From Octopus vulgaris (Eukaryota): a stretch of 64,000 bases of DNA. Made by a program: the position numbers and the translations under genes. Position 1 is the stretch's first letter; every line of letters begins with the position of its first letter. The notes beneath the pieces are model-generated. The model ran no database searches. It was not told where the DNA came from and was given only the letters and a program-made list of their open reading frames with translations. The DNA is taken from NCBI GenBank assembly GCA_951406725.2, contig OX597836.1, positions 22,878,001 through 22,942,000 on the forward strand. The letters are read 5' to 3'. This document shows positions 16,949 to 30,225 of this stretch, one piece after another.

Positions 16949-16949
<1 letters not shown>
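16741..16949 (-). mobile_element. Solo PLE terminal segment with hammerhead-like motif (16836-16870) in (TA)n
   Basis: Homologous to about 45715-45935. Motif GTTT-CCGACGA-A-GAGC-TCC-GCTC-GAAA-CGTT-AAAC. Confidence 0.75.
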
Positions 16950-16981
<32 letters not shown>

Positions 16982-17652
16982 TACACACACACACATACAT
17001 ACATGCACAGACATACATACATACATACACACAAGTATATATAAATACAAACACATACATGCACATGCACACACACACACACAAACACATTATATATTAG
17101 CTACAGAGATGTATTTTCAAGAGAGAAGGGGGAAACAAAAAAGAGAAAGTGGGAGGGAGAAACTGAGAAATAGGGAGAAAGATTGTCAGGTTAAGGAAAC
17201 ATTTGAGAATGATGATCAGGTCAGGTAGTTGTTGTTAGTGCTGTTATTTAGCACCAGGTCAGCCTTGATTAAGCACCTTTACGATCATAGTTATTCTAAC
17301 ACTCCTACAAAGGCATTATTGAAGGTGCTCAGTGCAGTGTCATTTTATGATTTGAGGAACATCTAGTAGATATTTCTAGCTTTCCTATGAGAGACTTACT
17401 ACAAGTGATGTCATGGGTTCAGCCAGCCAGGAGGCGAAGGCAACGGTAGTGGTGTCGATGGTGGTGGTGGTGGTGGTGGTGGCAGTGGTAGTAGGTGGAA
17501 GGGAGTGTGAAACGGTGACAGATGTAGTGCAAAACACTGTTGAATGCATGAACTGTTATTGCTGATCAGGTCAATAAGTACTTTATGAAGAAAGTATGAC
17601 TAACAGTAATAAACTCTTGTCAGTTGTACTTCTGTGAGAACAATGATAGTCT

Positions 17653-17691
<39 letters not shown>

Positions 17692-17694
<3 letters not shown>

Positions 17695-18285
17695 TCATCA
17701 TCATCATCATCATCGTTTAACGTCCGTTTTCCGCGCTAGCACGGGTTGGACGGTTTCGACCGGGGTCTGGGGAGCCAGGGGCTGCCCCAGGCTCCAGTCT
17801 GGTCTGGCAGTGTTTCTACAGCTGGATGCCCTTCCTAACGCCAACCACTCCGCGAGTGTAGTGGGTGCTTTTTATGTGCCACCTGCACAGGTGCCAGAGG
17901 GGTCTGGCATCGGCCACGGTCGGTTGGTGCTTTTTATGTGCCACCTGCACAGAAGCCAGTCGGGGCGGTGCTGGCATCGGCCACGTTCGGATGGTGCTTT
18001 TTATGTGGGGGGGAGGGTGCAGAAATATAGGGGAGCACCAGTGGGGAGGGGGTGTTCGGAGTGTTCATGTACTTGACTCAACAGGTCTCCTCAAGCACAG
18101 CGGGACGATCTGGGAAACTTTGAATGGGCAGGGGCTATGCGGAACTGATGCAGGAAGCAGCCCGGGTCTTTGCAGTCACAGCATATCTCCAGAGATCTCG
18201 GTCCTTCGCCATTGCCTCAGTGAGGCCCAATGCTCTGAGGTCATGCTTGATTGCCTCATCCCATGTCTTCCTGGGTCTGGGGGGG
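17692..18285 (-). mobile_element. RTE LINE 3' end (ORF C-terminus, 3'UTR, (GAT)n tail)
   Basis: RPRKTWDEAIKHDLRALGLTEAMAKDRDLWRYAV. The same 3'UTR recurs at about 14800-15330, 18450-18790, 20405-20582, 21636-21777, 22440-22830, 26725-27030, 30372-30685, 31230-31820, 33075-33255, 37090-37410, 42843-43070, 44120-44330 and 50540-50790. Confidence 0.8.
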
Positions 18286-18417
18286 TCCAGCTGAGAAAGG
18301 TTCCACCAGTGAGAAGAGAGGGAGAGAAAGTGGGGGGGTGCAGGTAATATAGGGAAGCACCAGCGGGGAAGGTTGGGGTAAGGAGGAACGATGACAGGGA
18401 GGGGTTGGAACAGGTTC

Positions 18418-18453
<36 letters not shown>

Positions 18454-18819
18454 CAAATGGAAATTGTAGTTAAGACACCTGTGCTGGTGACACGTAAAAA
18501 GCACCGTCCAAACATGGCAGACACCAGCGCCGCCTGACGGTGACACGTAAAAGCACCAACCTATCGTGGGTGTTTTCCAGCCCGCTCTGGTTCCTGTGCC
18601 GGTGGCACGTAAAACACACCCACTACACTCATGGAGTGGTTGGCATAAGGAAGGGCATCCAGCTGTAGAAACACTGCCAAATCAGACTGGAGTCTGGTGC
18701 AGCCTCCATGGCTTACCAGACCCCGGTTGAACTGTCCAACCCATGCTAGCATGGAAAACGGACGTTAAATGATGATGATGATGATGATGATACATACATA
18801 CATACATACATACATGCAT

Positions 18820-19125
18820 AGGAGCATTCCATGGGCTACGACAACAAGAGTTATAGCTGATCCGGTCTCTGGAACAGCTTGCTCGTGAAATTAACTTGCA
18901 AGTGGCTGAGTACTCCACAGACATGTGCACCCTTAACATAGTTCTCAGGGAGATTCAGTGTGACACAGAGTGTGACAAGGCTAGCAGCCCTTTGAAATAC
19001 AAGTACTACTCATTTTTGCCAGCTGAGTGGACTGGAGCAATATGAAATAAAGTGTCTTGCTCAAGGACACAAGGCGTCACCAGGAATTGAACTCACGACC
19101 TTACGATCGTAAGCTGAATGCCCTA
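18820..19125 (-). mobile_element. SINE family E
   Basis: Shared sequence with 870-1175, 27270-28005 (split by SINE A), 35800-35970, 36660-36810, 37580-37900 and 38155-38480. Confidence 0.75.
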
Positions 19126-19282
19126 TATTCACACATATATACATACATACATACACATACATGTGTATGTATATATATATATAAGTAATAATATAGGGTG
19201 AAATTAATTAATTTGGAATAATCATTAATTTCACCAAGTAGATTTCGGCATGTAAAAGCCTCATTCGAGGAAAGTTTAAGTA

Positions 19283-19479
19283 ATACTAAGTAATTAAGGG
19301 TTTAGCAACGATTTGCCTCACCACACACCGAATTTAGAAATAGCAGTCAAAGAGTTATAGCTATTCTTTCTACTAGATCTCCCTTTTAGTAGAAAGAATA
19401 GCTATAACTCTTTGACTGCTATTTCTAAATTCGGTGTGTGGTGAGGCAAATCGTTGCTAAACCCTTAATTACTTAGTAT
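19283..19479. repeat. Perfect 93-bp inverted repeat with 11-nt spacer
   Basis: Arms 19283-19375 and 19387-19479. Confidence 0.92.
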
Positions 19480-20178
19480 ATATATATATATATATATAGG
19501 TGCAGGAGTCACTGTGTGGTAAGTAGCTTGTTTACCAACCACATGGTTCCGGGTTCAGTCCCACTGCGTGGCACCATGGGCAAGTGTCTTCTACTATAGC
19601 CTCGGGCCGACCAAAGCCTTGTGAGTGGATTTGGTAGACGGAAACTGAAAGAAGCCCGTCGTATATATGTATATATATATATATATATATGCGTGTGTGT
19701 GTTTGTGTGTCTGTGTTTGTCCTCCTAGCATTACTTGACAACCGATGCTGGTGGGTTTATGTCCCCGTTATTTAGCGGTTCGGCAAAAGAGACCGATAGA
19801 ATAAGTACTGGGCTTACAAAAGAATATGTCCCAGGGTCGAGTTGCTCGATTAAAGGCAGTGCTCCAGCATGGCCGCAGTCAAATGACTGAAACAAGTAAA
19901 AGAGTAAAAGAGTAAAGAGATATACTCTTACTTTTTCACTCTTTTACTTGTTTCAGTCATTTGACTGTGGCCATGCTGGAGCACTGCCTTTAGTCATATA
20001 ATACTGTTGTAAAATGATTGTCACTGTCATACAAACAGTGTCATTCATTTCCTGTATTCATGTGATTGAGCGGACTGTTGAATGCTGTTATACATCGCTA
20101 GTCACAATGCACTTTGCATCGTTTTAGCTTTCTAACGAGGCCACCCTACTGACTAAGTCAGCAGGCCAAAATACATAC

Positions 20179-20234
<56 letters not shown>

Positions 20235-20551
20235 ATACATACATACATACATATACATACATACAGGATGAGCCAAAAGTCATGCACAAAATTCAATATG
20301 TTCTAGAATTGTCCATGACATGTTTCAGTTTTTCTAAAGTTGAATAAAACAATATTGAACACATACGTACTTGTACACGTTGAACAAAATGAATAATAAT
20401 AATAACTACACTCACGGAGTGGTTGGCGTTAGGAAGGGCATCCAGCTGTAGAAACACTGCCAGATCAGACTGGGCCTGGTGCAGCCTTCTGGCTTCCCAG
20501 ACCCCAGTTGAACCGTCCAACCCATGCTAGCATGGAAAACGGACGTTAAGC

Positions 20552-20582
<31 letters not shown>

Positions 20583-21773
20583 TTATGAACAGGTCTGGTC
20601 ATAGGGAAATGTTGTATTGCTTAGAAACAGAAGACTGTCAAGAGAAGTAGAATCTGGCCATAGAAAAATCTGACTCAAAGTCAAATAAAACCCATGCAAA
20701 CATAGAATTGTGGAATATTAAAATGATGATGTGGATGATGATGACAATAAGTTTATTGATTAGAAGAGGAAGGGTCTTCTCTGTGATTTATATAGACTCT
20801 CCCTCAACTAGTTTTTATTGATATTATTGATGAACTCAAAATAGCCTAAACTTTCTGCAACTCAGCTAATGAAAAGGGAAGACATGGAAAAAGGCCTGTT
20901 CATGGTCTCTCAACTTGCTAGAAATAACAGCCAAATTTTTTATCAAAGTCATCTTACCATTACACATACCAAAAAAAAAAATTAATTGGTGAGGAAAGGA
21001 TAGATTAGGTAATAAGTGTAGATACAAGTGCTCTTAAAAAGTAGACAGCAGGGCTGGAATTACCTTTGATCATAGGTGAGTCTGTCTGTTTGTTCATCTG
21101 TCTATTAGATAAGTTCTGGGACTAGGCAACAACAAGCAGCAATGATAATAACAATTACAGCAATAAGAAAAGAAACTAATGTGTTTAAGGAGCTAACTCA
21201 ACAAAACTATTAGTGAGTTTCTATAGCAACAAAAAGTAACCAAGGTACCCTAGAGGAGGGCTATATTTTTATAATAAAAAAAGAAAGCAACAACACAAAA
21301 CAAGAAAAGAAGAACATTTATCATAGGTCAGCGCGATCAACGTACTATAACAGCAATTCATGAAAATCGTTAACTGAAACAAAGAAAACAATTAGATATG
21401 GTGTGATAAGAGGACTAAAAGAATAAAATAATGGTTTTATGATGTAGTTAAGCGAGATGGAGTGAGGGGAGTGGCTAGGTGGGAGGAGCCGATTATGTAA
21501 GGAATGGAAGTGGTGGGCATACTGTCTGAAAGGTTAACCCTTTGAAATAGCCAAACAGTTTTTATCCATATAAACACACACACAAATGTACACATATATA
21601 TACACATATATATATATATATATGGATATACATATAGGAAGGGCATCCAGCTGTAGAAACACTGCCAGATCAGACTGGGCCTGGTGCAGCCTTCTGGCTT
21701 CCCAGACCCCAGTTGAACCGTCCAACCCATGCTAGCATGGAAAGCGGACGTTAAACGATGATGATGATGATGA

Positions 21774-21867
<94 letters not shown>

Positions 21868-21930
21868 GTATGTATGTATGTATGTATGTATATACATGTA
21901 TACATACATACATACATACATATATATATG

Positions 21931-21983
<53 letters not shown>

Positions 21984-22218
21984 TGTAGGAATCAGTTAGA
22001 GGGTTTTAATACCTCTAAGGGATAATTAAATCCAAAGTCGCTCCTGGTTATTACCTGGGTAGGTACAGTCTTTTGTAAGGTTGCACGGTAGTAGGTGGTT
22101 CAGTTGGTAAACCATAGTTTAGGTTATATAGAAGAAAATGGATATAATAACATGAGGCAATGACAAGTGACCAAGTCCTTTGGCGAGATGCTGTGCTTGA
22201 GAAGACCTGTCAAGCCAA

Positions 22219-22437
22219 GTTAGTTAGTTAGTTAGTTAGTTAATTTTTTGGCTCAAAAAGCAAAAAGCAAGGCCATGTAGGGGGACATGGAGTTATGTAC
22301 AGGGTGGTGTTCATGTAAAGAGTTCAGACCACTTGAGGTCAAGGGAGACTTTGAACAAAACGGTTGTCGGCATCTTCACCATCTCGTCTGGCAGCTTGTT
22401 CCACAGATCCGCAACCCGGACGGAGAAAGCCCGAAAT
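22219..22437 (-). mobile_element. CR1-type LINE 3' end with (TAAC)n tail, nested in RTE remnants
   Basis: FRAFSVRVADLWNKLPDEMVKMPTTVLFKVSLDLKWSELFT*. Confidence 0.75.
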
Positions 22438-22812
22438 CATTGTTGTGGCCATTGGTCAGTGTCATGTAACTGGTACCTATGCAGGTGGCACATAAAAAGA
22501 ACCTTTCAAGTGTTGGGCCTCAAAAAAAGGCAATGACTGATGACCTTTGGCAATATGCAGTGTTTGAGAAGAAGATCCATGAAGCCAAGTGAAATTGCAG
22601 TCTTAATGATACTGGTGTCATGCAACTGACACCCATGACCCATGTTAGTGGCCTGTAGAAGCACCCATTACACTCTTGACATGCTTGATGTTAGGAAGGG
22701 TACCCAGCTGTAGGAACCATGTCAAAATAGACTGGAAACTGGTGCAGCCCCTCAGCTTTACCCAACATTGGTCAAACTGTCTAACTCATTCTAGTATGGA
22801 CACCGGACATTA

Positions 22813-22839
22813 CATGATGATGATGATGATGACGATGAC

Positions 22840-22874
<35 letters not shown>

Positions 22875-22877
22875 CGG

Positions 22878-22931
<54 letters not shown>

Positions 22932-22963
22932 GGAGGAGGAGGAGGAGGAGGAGGAGGAGGATG
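22813..22963. repeat. (GAT)n(GAG)n tract, tail of an RTE 3' end
   Basis: Follows ..GGACATTACATGATGATG of an RTE-type 3'UTR. Confidence 0.85.
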
Positions 22964-23254
22964 AAGAAATATATTCAGAGAAGACTCCAGCTTCTAAAAA
23001 GCTTTTACTTATATTACATGTAAACATATAAAACCTGTAAACCTGTATAACTACTTCAGATTCAGAAAAACCAGAAATTGTAGGGATTTTCTATTTGTTC
23101 TTTATTGGGTGAGAGAAGAATTGTTATTGTCATTTCTTGTTTGTAAAACACTTTTCTCGATTTTTTTTTTTGTTTATCAAAAGCCGTGAGACACCCACAC
23201 GGGTCTGTTGTAATTGTCATGACAAAGAAAGATGTTGGATGAATGTGTTTACAT

Positions 23255-23293
23255 TACCATCATCATCATCATCCTCAACATCACCATCATCAC

Positions 23294-23335
<42 letters not shown>

Positions 23336-23400
23336 TGTCGTCATCATCACCACCATCATCATTACTGTCATCATCATCATCATCATCGTCGTCGTCATCG

Positions 23401-23437
<37 letters not shown>

Positions 23438-23605
23438 TACTGTCATCATCATCATCACCGTCGTTGTCGTCGTCATCATCATCATCATTATCATCATCAG
23501 CATCATCATCATCATCGGCATCGGTGGCATCATCATCATCATCATCATCATCGTCGTCGTCATCATTATCATCATCATCATCGCCATCATCATCATCGCC
23601 ATCGC

Positions 23606-23675
<70 letters not shown>

Positions 23676-23756
23676 GGCGGCGTCATCATCATCACCATCA
23701 TCATTACTGTCATCATCATCATTGTTGTCGTCATCATCGTCATTATCCTCATTATC

Positions 23757-23788
<32 letters not shown>

Positions 23789-23890
23789 CGCCATCATCAT
23801 CATCATCATCATCGTCGTCGTCGTCATCATCATCATCATCGTCGTCGTCGTCGTCATCATCATCATCATCGCCATCATCACCATCATCAC

Positions 23891-23923
<33 letters not shown>

Positions 23924-24253
23924 TGCCATCGCCATCATCATCATTATCATCATCATCATCGGCATCGGCGGCGTCATCATCATCATCATCATCATCGCCA
24001 TCATCATCATCATCGCGCTCGCCATCATTATCTTCATCATCATCATCATCACCATCATCATCATCATCGCCATTATCATCATCATCATCGCCATCATCGG
24101 CGTCGGCGGCGTCATCATCATCATCATCATCGGCAGCGGCGGCGGCGTAATCATCATCATCATCATCGCCATCATCATCATCATCATCGCCATCATTATC
24201 ATCATCATCATCATCATCGCCATCTCCATCATCATCATCATCATCACCACCAC

Positions 24254-24300
<47 letters not shown>

Positions 24301-24392
24301 CCACCACCATCATCATCATCATCATTATCATCATCATCATCATCACTGTCATCACCTACATCATCATTGTTGTTGCCATTGTCATTGTCGTA
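23255..24392. repeat. Degenerate (ATC)n trinucleotide tract of about 1.14 kb
   Basis: Directly visible; it produces the spurious poly-S/H/I/D/M ORFs. Confidence 0.95.
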
Positions 24393-24567
24393 ATGTCCAC
24401 TTTTCCATGCTTTCATGGATGGGTCAGGTAGGAATTTTTTAAGGCAGATTTTCTATGGTTGGATGCCTTTCCTGTCACCTACCCTCCCGTCGCCTGTTTC
24501 CATGGACAGCCAGACATGTTTGTTTTCACGAGAGAGTGGAATTGAGTGACATTGTTTAGATGACAGT

Positions 24568-24654
<87 letters not shown>

Positions 24655-27235
24655 GTGCACACACACACACAGAGAAACATACATACATATGTGTATATAA
24701 GTATGGAGCATATTAAGAAAATGAGAAATAAATTTATAGGAATTTTAAAGAATTATAAAGGCCATAGATTTTTAAAGAATTCATACGGACTATAAATAAA
24801 AAATTGTAAGAGCCATAATCAGGGAGAATGAAGCAAACATTGTAAGGATAATATTTATCTCCACACTTGTGGATGTTCTGTCAAAACAAATTATATTACG
24901 GTAATTACCATGAGAGAAACTCTCATAACAGCTTTGGTGCAAAATGCATTCCTTTTTATATTGGCAGCAGGAAGATAAATTCCTGCTATTTCCAGCACCA
25001 AGACCACCAGATCATATGATTTTGACCTTCCTCTGTGTGTGTGGGGGGGATGTATTTGTCCCCATCATCACTTGACAACCAGTGCTGGTGTGTTTACATC
25101 CTCATAACTTAGCGCATCAGCAAAAGAGACCGATGGGATAAGTACTAGGCTTTAGAAAATATATTTCTTTACTGCCCACAAGGGGCTAAACATAGATGGG
25201 ACAAGCAAGGACAGACAAACGGATTAAGTCGATTACATCGACCCCAGTGCGAAACTGGTACTTTATTTATCGACCCCGAAAGGATGAAAGGTAAAGTCGA
25301 CCTCGGCGAAATTTGAACTCAGAACATAACGATAATGCCGCTTTAGAAAATAAGTAGCAGGGTCGATTCATTTGACTAAAAATTCTTCAAGGTGGTGTTC
25401 CAGCATGGCCACAGTGTAATGACTGAAACAAGTAAAAGATAAAAGATTTGTAGGCAATTATTCTATGCCTACATTTCTTATGAGCATCTCATCAGCTCCA
25501 AATAAGATGGCAATATTTCCTTCAGTAATAGTGGGAATTATTGGGCAACAAATACAACAATAAAGACACACACACTCATGTATGTGTACATGAGTGTGTG
25601 TGTGTGTCTTTATGTTTGAATTTCTCCCCCACTGCTGCTTGACATCTAGTGTTGGTTTGTTTGCATCCCTATAACACAGTGGTTTAGCAAAAAGAGACCA
25701 ATAGAATAAGTTCTAGGCTTAAAAATGAGTACTGAGGATTGATTTCTTCAACCAAACCCTTCATGGCAGTGCCCCAGCATGGCAGTAGTTTAATGATTTG
25801 AACAAATAAAAGATAAAGCATTTATCCATTGACCATAGTTGTTTTTTGTCTGTGAGGTGAAAGTCGTTTTAAAAATTTGTTCTTAGGAATGTAGCAACAC
25901 TGAGAAAAAAATGGGTTGTTACATTTTGATATCTGAGAATTTTGGTAGTATTCCAGAATGAACTTCCACTTGTGGTTGCAATTGTCAATACTCTTGTTTT
26001 TCCACTTTTGAGAAGCTATAGATTTCTTCAAGATTTGATGCTTTCCAGTCATGCAAAGTCCTTGTTATGATATGGCTTGGCCTTAATGATATACTTCCTA
26101 CTATTAAAGAACATGTCAGTCTTTAATCACTGTGTTTCCAGATGAATTACAACAAAAGGTGTGGAATATTCCCTATTTCTTGATCTGAATAAATGGAGAT
26201 AGTGAAAGAAACAAAACCTCATTACCACCACCACCACTCCTTTTATTCTGTCACTACCCCTATTCATTCCCACATAAGGTCACAGACTACTTTAGACCTC
26301 TACCCAGACACCCATGAAAATTGTACATTACCATTCACTCATTTTTAGTCATTTTATTTCAAAATCTTTTGAAGCAACATGTCTTTCAGTTTATGCAATT
26401 CACTAAAGCTGTGAGATGTAGGAAGTTCAAATAAATATGTATTTTAGGAAAATATTTACACAAATGTCTGAGAACTTAGCTTTTAGTCTGAGACACAGGA
26501 GTGGCTTTAAAAGCATTTTTCAGGAGCCGATTTCTATAGATTGTTGAGAAACCACTCCCTCTCCCACTCTTTTTATTCAGTCACTGTCGTTATCCTTGCA
26601 CACCCTCAACTCTGAAATGAAAAGGGGTTGCAATATATTATGCATATAAGAGAACAATATGCAATTGACAAGGTTATATCCACAAATTAACCTTGTCAAT
26701 TGCATATTGTTCTCTTATCTATCTATTTGAGCGAGGTCATTGCCAGTGCCACTGGACGGGCTCCTGTGCAGGTGGCACATCAAAAGCACCATTTGAGTGT
26801 GGCCGTTGCCAGTACTGCCTGACTGGCCCCCGTTCTGGTGGCATGTAAAAGCACCCACTACACTCTCGGAGTGGTTGGCATCAGGAAGGGCATCCAGCTG
26901 TAGAAACTCTGCCAGATCTAGATTGGAGCCTGGTGCAGCCATCTGGTTCGCCAGTCCTCAGTTAAATCATCCAACCCATGCTAGCATGGAAAGTGGATGT
27001 TAAACGATGATGATGATGATGATGATGATGATGGAAAACAGGTGTTAAATGACGACAATGATGATGATGATGAGTGGTGTAGGCATCGCTGAGTGATAAG
27101 AAGTTCACTTCCTAACCGCATGGTTCTCAGTTCAGTCCCATTGTGTGGAATTTTGGGCAAGTATCTTCCATAATAGCCCCAGGCCAAACAAAGGCTTGTG
27201 AGTGGATTTGGTAGACAGAAACTGAAAGAAGTCCA

Positions 27236-27267
<32 letters not shown>

Positions 27268-27578
27268 AGGTATGTGGCGTAGTGGTTAGGGTATTCAGCT
27301 CACAATCATAAAGTTGTGAGTTCAATTCCTGGTGATACATTGTGTCCTTGAGCTAGACACCTCATTTCACGCTGCTCTAGTCAACTCAGCCGGCAAAGGC
27401 ACAGGAGTGGCTGTGTGGTAAGTAGCTTGCTTACGAACCACATGGTTCCGGGCTCAGTCCCACTGCGTGGCACCTTGGGCAAGTGTCTTCTACTATAGCC
27501 TCGGGCTGACCAAAGCCTTGTGAGTGGATTTGGTAGACGGAAACTGAAAGAAGCCTGTCGTATATATGTATATATATG

Positions 27579-27609
<31 letters not shown>

Positions 27610-28042
27610 TTGTGTGTCTGTGTTTGTCCCCCTAGCATTGCTTGACAACTGATGCTGGTGTGTTTATGTCCCCATTACTTAGCGGTTCGGCAAAAAAGAC
27701 CGATAGACTAAGTACTGGGCTTACAAAAGAATAAGTCCCGGGGTCGAGTTGTTCGATTAAAGGCGGTGCTCCAGCATGGCCGCAGTCAAATGACTGAAAC
27801 AAGTAGAAAAAAAAAAGAGTACCTGTAATTCAGACGGCCAGCTTTGTTACACTTTATATCATGCTGAATCCCCTTGAGAACTATTTTAAGGGATCACATG
27901 TCTGTGGAGTGCTCAGCCACATGCACGTTAATTTCACAAGCAGGCTGTTCTGTTGATTGGATCAACTGGAACCCTCATCATCATATGCAACAGTGCCAGT
28001 TAGTTGTATATATTTGTGTGTGTGTATATATGTGCGTGTGTG

Positions 28043-28073
<31 letters not shown>

Positions 28074-28667
28074 ATGTTTGTGTGTGTGTGTGTGCGTGCA
28101 TGTGTGTGTACGAGCACATGCATGTAAATTACTATTTTTAAATCTCACAATGTGAGATATTCAACAACAGTACTTTGGAGTAAAGATTGCTTGCCAACAT
28201 AACTTGGCAGTCTTGGTTTAGGACTAATGTTGCTGTAATTTAGCCCCAGGAGACATTGTCTCCAGCTGGCTATATGTGTCCTTACATTTTCTGTGTCCTT
28301 ACATTTTCAAACAAGGGAATCTAGCACTCCCACTCAGCTCAAAACAATATCTGTATATCATGATTTCTGGGTTATTTCTCTTTATCAGCAATTATTCTGT
28401 GCTGATGAAGAGAAATAACCCAGAATTTTGATGGAAGGTTTTAACATGCTTTTGTTACCATATTTCTGTTGAAATTCACTGCTTCTGTTTCAATAAATTT
28501 TGAAAATAATGAAAAATTTAGTCAAATAACTTTGACATTATTAAACTAGTGTTTAAATACAAACAACAACAACAATAATAACAATAACAAAATTTTCTTT
28601 ATTTTTGTTAGGAACACACAAAACAGACATCAAAATACAGAAACACATTTTGGGGTTGTGATGATTG

Positions 28668-28698
<31 letters not shown>

Positions 28699-28907
28699 TA
28701 ATAATAATAATCGTTTCTATGGGAAGCACAAGGCGTGAAATTTGGGGGAAGGTATTAAGTCAATGACATCAGCCCCAGTGCATAACTGGTACTTATTTAA
28801 TCGACCCTGAAAGGATAGAAGTGGGATTTGAACTCAGAATGTAGCGGCAGAAGAAGTACCACTGAGCATTTCACCCAGCATGCTAACAATTCTGCCTGCT
28901 CACTGCC

Positions 28908-28954
<47 letters not shown>

Positions 28955-29809
28955 TTCAAATGTTGGTACAAGGCCAGCAATTTCAAGAAAGGGTGTAAGT
29001 CAATTACATCGACCTCCAGCATTCAACATTTTATTGACTTTGAAAGGTTGAAAGGTAAAATCAAACATAGCAGAATTTTAACTTAGAGCATAAAGACAGA
29101 CAAAATGGCGCTAAGCATTTTGTCCAGCACGCTAACAATTCTTATTTGTTTATTGCCCACAAGGGGTTAAACATACAGGGGACAAACAAGGACAGACAAA
29201 GGGATTAAGTCGATTACATCAACCCCAGTGCGTAACTGGTAATTAATTTATCGACCCCAAAAGGATGAAAGGCAAAGTCGACCTTGGCGGAATTTGAACT
29301 CAGAACGTAATGGCAGACGAAATACTGCTATGCATTTTGCCTTGCATGCTAACAATTCTGCCAGTTCACTACCTTTCATAATAACGGTTTCAAATTTCGG
29401 CACAAATCCCAGCAATTTAAAGGTGGGGGAAGTTGATTATATTAACCCCAGCGTTCATCTGGTACTTTTTTTATTGACTCTGAATGGATGAAAGGCAAAG
29501 TCGACCTCACCAGGATTTGAACACAAAATGTAAAAGACAAATGAAATGAAATGCCACTAAGCATTTTATCCAGTGTGCTAACGATTCTGTCAGTTCACCA
29601 CCTTAATACCAATAATAATAATAATAATGATAATAATAATAATAATATTATTTTTTTTAAGACATTCACTAGTACAACACTAAATACAAAACCAAATATA
29701 TGGCACACTAGGTATAACAACAACATGAACTTCCAGCCTGTTATCTCTTGAGGTCTCTGGGTGAGACTTGGAGCCAACTTGTACAAATATAAAGCAAAAG
29801 TCAAACATA

Positions 29810-29895
<86 letters not shown>

Positions 29896-29931
29896 AATAA
29901 ATAATAAATAAATAAATAAATAACCTGGTCT

Positions 29932-29937
29932 TTTATT
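29932..29937 (-). promoter_or_regulatory. Polyadenylation signal AATAAA of the Cys-rich protein gene
   Basis: About 175 nt after the stop codon, followed by T-rich sequence on the minus strand. Confidence 0.55.
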
Positions 29938-30113
29938 AAACACAATAATCACCACAAGAACAAGGACAGTAATAACATTAACAGCAACAATAAAAGAAAT
30001 GACACAAACAATGACAATTCTTGTATAATATTTGATAAAGATAGATATGCACGTCTTTGCTGTGGGGTGGTCGCTTGTTGGACATCACCAGACAAAGAAG
30101 TTACCATTTCACA

Positions 30114-30225
30114 TCAATCATATCTGTTGTGGTAGTTGAATCGACGATTATACCAGCGATTTTGGCAATCAAGTTGTCGGCCGTTGTTGTCGAAGAACAT
30201 AGGGTAGCATCCACAGTAGTTGGGT
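30114..30225 (-). CDS. Exon 3 (terminal) of the Cys-rich protein gene (RPNYCGCYPMFFDNNGRQLDCQNRWYNRRFNYHNRYD*)
   Basis: ttttgtttttCAG acceptor at 30226-30228. The phase 2 join gives CG|A = Arg. TGA at 30114-30116; AATAAA at 29932-29937. Confidence 0.9.

Noticed and set aside
23137-24442. 337-399 aa poly-S/H/I/D/M ORFs
   Set aside because: Translation of a trinucleotide tract that is open in five frames; no splice or domain evidence.
25820-26180. Possible decayed GIY-YIG/PLE fragment
   Set aside because: Too degenerate to support by eye.
30114-30225. Reflectin-like look of PMFFDNNGRQLDCQNRWYN
   Set aside because: Lacks the MD(X)5MD repeats. With exon 2 it completes an 8-Cys module, and the protein has a signal peptide.
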